Assembly (NCBI RefSeq): GCF_009914755.1
Contig: NC_060927.1
DNA length: 64,000 bases
Reading direction: 5' to 3' (one strand)
Source of the DNA: the human T2T-CHM13v2.0 reference genome, Homo sapiens
The stretch's first letter is position 1, and each line of letters opens with the position of its first letter. The notes below the pieces were generated by a model. It saw only the letters and a list, made by a program, of their open reading frames with translations, was not told the DNA's origin and did no database searches. Position numbers and translations under genes: made by a program. Positions 54,360 through 64,000 of this stretch are shown here, in pieces.

Positions 54360-57300
54360 CTCTAGATTCCTCCTCTCTGGGAAGGGCATCTCTGAAAGAA
54401 AGGCAGCAGTCCCAGTCAGGGGCTTATAGATAAAACTCCCATCTCCCTCGGACAGAGCACCTGGGGGAAGGGGCGGCTGTGGGTACAGCTTCAGCTGACT
54501 TAAATGTTCCTGCCTGCCAGCTCTGAAGAGAGCAGTGGAACTCCTAGCACAGCGCTTGAGCTCTGTGAAGGGACAGACTGCCTCCTCAAGTGGGTCCCTG
54601 ACCCCTGTGCCTCCTGACTGGGAGACACCTCCCAGGAGGGGTCAACAGACACCTCATACAGGAGAGCTCCAGCTGGCATCTGGCAGGTGCCCCTCTGGAA
54701 CAAAGCTTCCAGAGGAAGGCACAGGCAGCAATCTTTGCTGTTTTGCAGCCTCCACTGGTGATACCCAGGAAAACAGGGTCTGGAATGGACCTCCAGCAAA
54801 CTCCAGCAGACCTGCAGCAGAGGGGCCTGAAGGAAAACTAACAAACAGAAAGGAATAACATCAACATCAACAAAGAGGATGTCCACACAGAAACCCCATC
54901 TGAAGGTCACCAACATCAAAGACCAAAGGTAGATAAATCCATGGAGATGAGAAAAAAACAGCGTAAAAAGGCTGAAAATTCCAAAAACCAGAACACCTGT
55001 TCTCCTCCAAAGGATCACAACTCCTTGCCAGCAAGGGAACAAAACTGGATAGAGAATGAGATTGACGAATTGACAGAAGTAGGCTTCAGATGGTGGGTAA
55101 TAACAAATTCTTCTGAGCTAAAGGAGCATGTTCCAACCCAATGCAAGGAAGCTAAGAACCTTGAAAAAAGGTTAGAGGAATTGCTAACTAGAATAACCAG
55201 TTTAGAGAAGAACAGAAATGACCTGATGGAGCTGAAAAACACAGCATGAGAACTTTGTGCAGCATATACAAGTATCAACAGCTGAATTGATGAAGCAGAA
55301 GAAAGGATATCAGAGACTGAAGATCAACTTAATGAAATAAAGTGTGAAGAAAAGATTAGAGAAAAAAGAATGAAAAGTAACGAACAAAGCCTCTAAGAAA
55401 TATGGGACTATGTGAAAAGACCAAACCTACGTTTGATTGGTGTAACTGAAAGTGACAGGGAGAATGGAGCCAAGTTGGAAAACACTCTTCAGGATATTAT
55501 CCAGAACTTCCCCAACCTAGCAAGCCAGGTGAACATTCAAATTCAGGGAATACAGAGAACACCACAAAGATACTCCTTAAGAAGACCAACCCCAAGACAC
55601 ATAATCGTCAGATTCACCAAGGTTGAAATGAAGGAAAACATGTTAAGGGCAGACAGAGAGAAAGGTCAGGTTACTCACAAAGGGAAACCCATCAGACTAA
55701 CAGCGGATCTCTCTGCAGAAACCCTACAAGCCAGAAGCGAGTGGGGGCCAATATTCAACATTCTTAAAGAAAAAAATTTCCAACCCAGAATTTCATATCC
55801 AGCCAAACTAAGCTTCATAAGTGAAGGAGAAATAAAATCCTTTACAGACAACCAAATGCTGAGAAATTTTGTCACCACCAGGCCTGCCTTAAAAGAGCTC
55901 CTGAAGGAAGCACTACATATGAAAAGGAAAAACCAGTACCAAATTGTAAAGACCATCAACACTATGAAGAAACTGCATCAACTAATGGGCAAAATAACCA
56001 GCTAGCATCATAATGACAGAATCAAATTCACACATAACAATATTAACCTTAAATATAAATGGGCTAAATACCCCAATTAAAAGATAAAGACTGGCAAATT
56101 TGATAAAGAGTCAAGACCCATTGGTGTGCTGTATTCAGGAGACTCATCTCACATGCAAAGACACAGATAGGCTCAAAATGAAGGGATGGAGGAATATTTA
56201 CCAAGCAAATGGAAAGCAAAAAAAAAAAAAAGGAGGGGTTGCAATCCTAGTCCCTGGTAAAATAGACTTTAAACCAACAAAGATCAAAAATGACAAAGAA
56301 GGGCATTATATAATGGTAAAGGAATCAATGCAACAAGAAGAGCTAACTATCCTAAATATATATGCACCCAATGCAGGAGCACCCAGATTCATAAAGCAAG
56401 TTCTTAGAGACCTAGAAAGAGACTTAGACTCCCACACAATAATAGTGGGAGACTTTAACACCCCATTGTCAATATCAGACAGATCAATGAGACAGAAAAT
56501 TAACAAGGATATTCAGGAGTTGAACTCAGCTCTGGACCAAGTGGACCTAACAGACACCTACAGAACTCTTCACCCCAGATCAACAGAATATACATTCTTC
56601 TCAGCACCACATGGCACTTATTCTAAAATTGACCACATAATTGGAAGTAAAACACTCCTCAGCAAATGCAAAAGAACGGAAACCATAACAAACAGTCCCT
56701 TGGACCACAGTGCAATCAAATTAGAACTCAGGGTTAAGAAACTCACTCAAAATCACACAACTACATGAAGACTGAACAACCTGCTTCTGAATGACAGCTG
56801 GGTAAATGATGAAATTAGGGAGGAAATAAAGAAGTTCTTTGAAGCCAATGAAAACAAAGAGACAATGTACCAGAATCTCTGGGACACAGCTAAAGCAGTG
56901 TTAAGAGGGAAATTTATAGCACTAAATGCCCACATCAGAAAGTGGGAAAGATCTAAAATTGACACCCTAACATGACAATTAAAAGAACTAGAGAAGCAAG
57001 GCAAACAAATTCAAAAACTAGCAGAAGACAAGAAATAAGATCAGAACAGAACTGAAGGAGACAGAGACACAAAAAACCCTTCAAAAAATCAATGAATCCA
57101 AGAGCTGGTTTTTTGAAAAGATTAACAAAATAGATAGACCACTAGCCAGACTAATAAAGGAGAAAAGAGAGAAGAATCAAATAGACACAATAAAAAAAGA
57201 TAAAGGGGATATCACCACTGATCCCACAGAAATACAAACTACTATCAGAGAATACTATAAAAACCTCTCTGCAAATAAACTAGAAAATCTAGAAGAAATG

Positions 57301-60108
57301 GATAAATTCCTGGACACATACACCCTCCCAAGACTAAACAAGGAAGAAGTCAAATTCCTGAATGGACCAATAACAAGTTCTGAAATTGAGGCAGTAATTA
57401 AAAGCCTACCAACCAAAACAAAACAAACAAACAAAAAAACAAAAAACAAACAAACAAAACAACAACCCAGGAACAGGTGGATTCACAGCCGAATGCTACT
57501 AGAGGTACAAAGAGGATCTGATACCATTCCTTCTGAAACTATTCCAAACAATAGAAAAAGAGGGACTTCTCCCTAACTCATTTTATGAGGCCAGTATCAT
57601 CCTGATACCAAAACCTGGCAGAGACACAATGAAAAAAGAAAATTTCAGGCCAATATCCCTGATGAACATTTATGCAAAAATCTTCAATAAAATACTGACA
57701 AACTGAATCCAGCAGCACATCAAAAAGCTTATCTACCATGATCAAGTCGGCTTCATCCTTGGGTTGCAAGGCTGGTTCAACAAATGCAAATCAATATACG
57801 TAATCCCTCACATAAACAGAACCAATGACAAAAACCACATGGTTATCTCAATAGATGCAGAAAAGGCCTTTGATAAAATTCAACATCGCTTCATGCTAAA
57901 GACACTCAATAAACTAGGTATTGATGGACCACATCTCAAAATAATAAGAGCTATTTATGACAAACCCACAGCCAATATCATACTGAATGGGCAAAAACTG
58001 GAAGCATTCCCTTTGAAAACCAGCGCAAGACAAGGATGCCACCTCTCACCACTCCTATTCAACATAGCATTTGAAGTTCTGGCCAGGGCAATCAGGCAAG
58101 AGAAAGAAATAAAGGATATTCAAATAGGAACTGAGAAAGTCAAATTGTCTCTGTTTGCAGATGACATGATTGTATATTTAGAAAACCCCATCTTCTCAGC
58201 CCCAAAACTCCTTAAGCTGATAAGCAACTTCAACAAAGTCTCAGGATACAAAGTCAGTGTGCAAAAATCACAAGCATTCCTATACACCAATAATAGACAA
58301 CCATAGAGCCAAATCATGAGTGAACTCCCATTCACTATTGCTACAAAGCAAATAAAATACTAGGAATACAACTTACAAGGAACGTGTAGAACCTCTTCAA
58401 GGAGAACTACAAACCACTACTCAAGGAAATAAGAGAGGACACAAACAAATGGAAAAACATTCCATGCTCATGGATAGGAAGAATCAATATAGTGAAAATG
58501 GCCATACTACCAAAAGTAATTTATAGATTCAATGTTATTCTCATCAAGCTACCATTGACTTTCTTTGAAGAATTAGAAAAAACTATAAATTTCATATGGA
58601 ACTAAAAAAGAGCCCATAGAGCCAAGGCAATCCTAAGCAAAAAGAACAAAGCTGGAAGCATCACGCTACCTGACTTCAAACTATACTACAAGGCTACAGT
58701 AACCAAAACAGCATGGTACTGGTACCAAAACAGATATATAGAGCAGTGGAACAGAAGAGAGACCTCAGAAATAACACCACACATCTACTACCATCTGATC
58801 TTTGACAAACCTGACAAAAACAAGCAATGGGGAAAGGATTCCCTATGTAATAAATTGTGCTGGGAAAACTGGCTAGCCATATGCAGAAAATAGAAACTGG
58901 ACACCTTCCTTACACCTTATATAAAAATTAACTCAAGATTGATTAAAGACTTAAACATAAAACCTAAAACCATAAAAACCCTAGAAGAAAACCTAGGGAA
59001 TACCATTCAGGACATAGGCATGGGCAAAGACTTCATGACTAAAACACCAAAAGCAATTGTGACAAAAGCCAAAATTGACAAATGGGATCTAATTAAACTA
59101 AAGAGATTCTGCACAGCAAAAGAAACTATCATCAGAGTGAACAGGCAACCTACAGAGTGGGAGAAAATTTTTGCAATCTATTCATCTGACAAAGTCTAAT
59201 ATTCAGAATCTACAAGGAACTTAAATAAATTTACAAGAAAAAAACAACCCCACCAAAAACTGGGCAAAGGATATGAACAGACACTTCTCAAAAAAAGACA
59301 TTTATGCAGCCAACAAACATGAAAAAAAGCTCATCATCACTGGTCATTAGAGAAATGCAAATCAAAACCACAATGAGATACCATCTCACACCAGTTAGAA
59401 TGGCAATCATTAAGAAGTCAGGAAACAACGGATGCTGGCAAGGATGTGGAGAAATAGAAACTCTTTTACACTGTTGGTGAGAGTGTAAATTAGTTCAACC
59501 ATTGTGGAATACAGTGTGGCAATTCCTCAAGGATCTAGAACCAGAAATACCATTTGACCCAGCAATCCCATTACTGGGTATATACCCAAAGGATTATAAA
59601 TCATTCTACTATAAAGACACATGCACACATATGTTTATTGCAACATCATTTACAATAGCAAAGACTTGGAACCAACCCAAATGCCCATCAATGATGGAGT
59701 GGATAAAGAAAATGTGGTACATATACACCATGGAATACTATGCAGCCATAAAAAAGAATGAGTTCATGTCCTTTGCAGGGACATGGATGAAGCTGGAAAC
59801 CATTATTTTCAGCAAACTAACCCAGGAACAGAAAACCAAGCACCACTGTGTTCTCACTCATAAGTGGGAGTTGAACAATGAGAACACATGGACACAGGGA
59901 GGGGAACATCACACACTGGGGCCTGTCGGGGGGTAGGGGGCAAGGGGAGGGATAGCATTAGGATAAATACCTAATGCATGTGGGGCTTAAAACCTAGATG
60001 ATGGGTTGATGGGTGCAGCAAACCACCATGGCACATGTATAACTATGTAACAAACCTGCACATTCTACACATGTATCCCAGAACTTAAAATAAAATTTAA
60101 AAAAAAAA
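54360..60108 (+). mobile_element. L1PA7/PA8-like element, 5'-truncated within the 5'UTR, with degenerate ORF1/ORF2 and poly(A)
   Basis: ORF1 fragments 54941-55249 and 55412-56005; ORF2 fragments 56100-59936 including FADD; 3'UTR with GCATGTGGGGCTTAAAACCTAG; A tail. Confidence 0.92.
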
Positions 60109-60415
60109 GAAATGGAATTTCTGGATTATACGGCAATTCTTTCATTTTTTGAGGAACTACCACACTGTTTTCCATAGCCACTGCACAATGGTTTTACATT
60201 CCCACCAGTAATGCACAAGGGTTCTAATTTCTCCATGTTCTTTTCAACACTTATTTTATGTGTTTTTACGTAATAGCCATCCTGGTGGAAGTGAAGTGGT
60301 ATTTTATTGTGGTTTTGGTTTACATTTCCCTGGTGAGTAGTGATATTGAGAATCTTTTTGTGTGCTTATTGACCATTTGTATAATTTCTTTGGAGAAATG
60401 TCTATTCACATCTTT
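60109..60415 (-). mobile_element. L1MB fragment (probably the same host as the 53680-53730 tip)
   Basis: AATGGAATTTCTGGATTATACGG...CACACTGTTTTCCATAG...TTTGGAGAAATGTCTATTCA. Confidence 0.75.
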
Positions 60416-61529
60416 GGGAGGATCAACATTTTAACTCATGCTTACTCTTAAGCTCTGTAACTTTACCCACCAGCACCCTGTGTGTTAATTTTAATACAGA
60501 CTTAGGTTGCCTTTTAGAAAATTTTGGTATAGTAGAGAAGTTTCTCTAGCTCTGCATCCTTGATTATTACCATCTTATTCTAGGCTAAGAACAAATGTAA
60601 CAAGAAATTGTCTGTGCCCACACAAGGACTCAAGTGCAATGGAAACTTTATGGGGCTGATTGTTTTTCAGTTCAGGGAGTTCTTCCAGACCAGGCCCACC
60701 TACAGCCACTCTCAACTTCCTGGACTCATAGCTCCCCTGGGGTCCTCATATGCTTGACCTTGAAGCTTACCTCCCGCCTTTTGTTTGACCCATTAAGATT
60801 GATTAATCTGACTCCAAATATTTTCCTCATTTTCATTGAGGTAGAAACTCTATCAGATCCAGTTAGTGGGAAATATTCTTGGACTCTAAATATCATACTG
60901 CAGCCAGGAGTTGTTGAACTCCTGTGTCCAGCATGGGGCCCTGGAAGGCCACTTGCACAGATAAAGTGTGATTAAAATGGTTGGAGTGGTGGGTGGCGGA
61001 TGGGACAGATGACTTAGACAGGGTTGCTGTAGACTTTTCTGTGGACTCTTACTCCATTTGGGGAGAAAGATTGAGCAGAAATGTCACATCTACTCAGACT
61101 AGTCAACTACCCAGCATTTGTGGCTCAATATTCTTTCTTTTGCCATATCTGTTCTTATTACAGCATTATGCTCAAATATTAAAGATATTTCCAAAGCATC
61201 TTAAATTTCTTTTAATAAATTACTTGATTTTCTAAGTGCTTTTGCAATGTTGTGTTATTTTTAGCAAATATGTCCTCTTGGGTTTTTTCATACATGTTGA
61301 CAATATGCTTTGAAAAGAAAGATAAAAATTCCTTGCTTAATGAGCATTACATTTGTTTTTCCAGGATTGCCTCTTGCAAGAATTTTTACCCATATTTGCA
61401 ATTTTCTTCAATAATAGGGAAACAGTACTTGAACTCTTCAGCTCATCTTAATGTGGGTACACGTTCTAAAAAAAAAAATATTGATGGTGCCCAGCATAAG
61501 CCATTGGATGTCTCCTTTCTCACTTTGTG

Positions 61530-61808
61530 AAAGCTTGTATGGCAGTCATTCAGCTTTTCTAGCTAATAGACCCAGCTGGGGTCCCTGCCTACAGAGCCAG
61601 CATCAACTCCCAGACATGAGAAAGAGCCAGCTTTCATGTGATTCCACTCCCAGCCTTTAGGCCACCCAGGTGATGACCTGAGGCAGAATTGAGGTGTTTC
61701 CATTGAACCTAGCCTTAACTGTAGATTTATGAGGTAAATAGTGATTGTTGTTGTTTTAAGCCACTAAGTTCTGGGTACTTTGCTACACAAAAATAAATAA
61801 CCAATGAA
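61530..61808 (+). mobile_element. MLT1G/H-like LTR 3' part
   Basis: CAGCATCAACTCCCAGACATG...TTGTTTTAAGCCACTAAGTT...AATAAATAACC. Confidence 0.65.
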
Positions 61809-62241
61809 GTCACACATATGACTTCTGCTCACTGTTCATTGCCTGTGACTAGTCACATTGCCCTGCCTAATTGCAGGAGTCTGAGAAGTACACATTTCTT
61901 AGTGCTTAGGGAGGAGAGGACAACCTGACATTGGTGAGCATTAGTAATGCGTGCAACAATGACTTTGTTTTCAATTATTTAGAACATTTTTTTCTGATTA
62001 TTAGACAATATGTGGTCACAATGGAAAATTTGGAAAATATAAAATGGTATAAAGAACTAAGTGCAAATCACCCAGATGCCACTATCTAGAATTAATGATC
62101 GCTGCTTCCTGTCATTTTCCTCTGTTTACATTTAAAAAACAAAATTGGAATCATTCACTTTTAAATTTTGACTTTTTTACATTAAAAGCACTTATGTGTT
62201 CCTGATATTAAACATTTGTTTTGTGCTAAAATATGTATAAT

Positions 62242-62605
62242 AGCCAGGTGCAGTGGTGCATGCCTGTAGTCTCAGCTATTCAGGAGGCTGAGGTGAGACA
62301 ATCACTTGAGCCCAAGAGTTCAAGGCCAGCCTAGGCAACATAGTGAGACTCATTTGTTTCTTTCTTTCTCTTTTTTTTTTTTTTTTTCAAGACGGGGGCT
62401 TAATCTGTCACCCAGGCTGGAGTGCAGTGGCACAATTATAGCTCATTGCAACCTTGGACTCCTGGGCTCAAGTGATCCTTCCTCTTCTGCCTCCACACAC
62501 CACCACACCTGGCTAATTTTTAAAAATTTATAGTAGAGACGAAGTCTTGCTATGTTGCCCAGGCTGGCCATCTCTTTAAAAATAAATAAATAAATAAATA
62601 AATAA
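62242..62605 (+). mobile_element. FLAM monomer with a 5'-truncated AluJ (62355-62568, minus strand) inserted near its 3' end
   Basis: FLAM body to GAGACTCAT resumes CATCTCTTT(AAAT)n after the reverse Alu; degenerate TSD CATTTGTTT/CATCTCTTT. Confidence 0.75.
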
Positions 62606-62609
62606 TTTT

Positions 62610-63852
62610 AAAATGTACAACATAAGATTCACCATTTTAAAGTGTACAATTCAAAGCCATCTAACACACTCATAATGTTATACAACCATCATCACTATCT
62701 ACTTCCAAAACATTTTCATCACCCCTAAAGGAAATTCTGTGCCCATTAAACCTTATTCCCCAATTTTTCCCCTTTTCTGTAGCAACCACAAAACTTATTT
62801 ATGTCTCTATGGATTTGCCTATGGGAGACATTTCATATGAATGAATCATATAATGTGTGGTCTTTTTGTGACTGGATTATTTCATTAGCATAATGTTTTC
62901 AAGGGATATCTATGTCGTAGCCTGTATCGTACTTCATTCCATTTTAAGGCTGAATAATATTTCATTGTATGGTTGTACCACATTTTGTTTATCCACTCAT
63001 TATTTGATGGACATTTGGGTTGTTTCTACTTTTTGACTATTGTGGATACTGCTGCTGTGAACATTTATGTGTAAGTTTTTGTCTGAACATCTGTTTTCAA
63101 TTCTTTTAGATATACGGCTAGGAGCAGAATTGCTGAATCATCTGGTAATTCTATGTTTAACTTATTGAAGAACTGCCAAATTGTTTTCTACAGTGAGTCC
63201 ACCATTTTACATTTCCACTAGCAATGTGTGAGTGTTCCAATTTCTCCACATCCTTTCCAACACTTGTTATTGTCTACGTTTTTGAATATAGTTATCTTGG
63301 TAGAGATGACATGATAACTCTTTGTGGTTTTAATTTGCATTTTCCTAACCACTAATGGCATTGAATGTCTTTCCATGTGTTTGTTGGCCATTTGTATATC
63401 TTCTTTAGAGCAATGTCAATTCAAGTCTTTTGCCTTTTTTAAAATTGGGTGGTTTTGTTGTTGCTGTTGAGTTATATAAATCATTTACCTATTCTGGATA
63501 TTAAACCCTTATCAGATATAGGATTTATAAATATTTTCTCCTATTCTATGGGCTGTCTTTTCACTCTCTTGACAGTGTGCTTTGATACACAAAAGCTTTT
63601 AATTTTATGAAGCCCAACTTACCTATTTTTTCTTTTGTTGCTTATCATTTGGTCTCATATCTAAGAAATCATTGCCAAATCTAAGGTCATGGAGATGTAC
63701 AACTAAGTTTTCTTCTAAGAGTTTTATAGTTTTAACTGTTATATTTAGCTCTTTGATCCATTTGCAGTTGATTTTTGTACATGGCATGAGGTGAGTCCAA
63801 CTCCATTCCTTTGCATGTGGCAATCCCGTTGTCCCTGCATCATTTGTTGAAT
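62610..63852 (-). mobile_element. L1MB 3' region
   Basis: CACCATTTTAAAGTGTACAATTC...; ORF2 remnant KINCKWIKELNITVKTIKLLEEN (63623-63823). Confidence 0.85.
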
Positions 63853-64000
63853 AATGTTAAGTGCTTTTTGAAAACATGTTTTGGGTGACTGCATAAGTTA
63901 CATACTGCATCACCATTTGCTTACTTATTCCTCCTTTGTTTTGTGGTGTTCTAGAAATGCAGATAATTTACTCCTTGACCACATCTTTCTTTAGAAAACA

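Noticed and set aside
60420-61500. Non-repetitive stretch with short ORFs
   Set aside because: No convincing splice-site pair or protein homology visible. The same holds for 24300-25400 and 43600-44650. Non-coding exons cannot be excluded from sequence alone.

Overview
Primate (human-like) non-coding DNA made almost entirely of interspersed repeats. I found no intact host protein-coding gene and nothing prokaryotic (no CRISPR, operon or rRNA). Main contents: (1) a near full-length L1PA3-type LINE-1 (1-5940) with a dead ORF1 and an ORF2 broken only by one 2-nt deletion; (2) a nested stack at 12348-21568, where an ERV1 solo LTR holds a MER4-group provirus, which holds a ~3.5 kb processed CDYL pseudogene, which holds a THE1 LTR and a short Alu piece; (3) a young AluYa-lineage insertion (31071-31378); (4) an old minus-strand L1PA13-type element (31800-40840) with a twin-primed L1 inside it; (5) two L1s fused head-to-head (53731-60108); and many LTR, MIR, L2, L3, MamSINE1 and DNA-transposon relics. 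Subfamily names come from my recollection of consensus sequences, not from a search. I see no clearly new biological system. The most unusual items are the CDYL retrocopy architecture, tandem tRNA-Glu-like cassettes inside the provirus, and several non-canonical insertion and rearrangement junctions.
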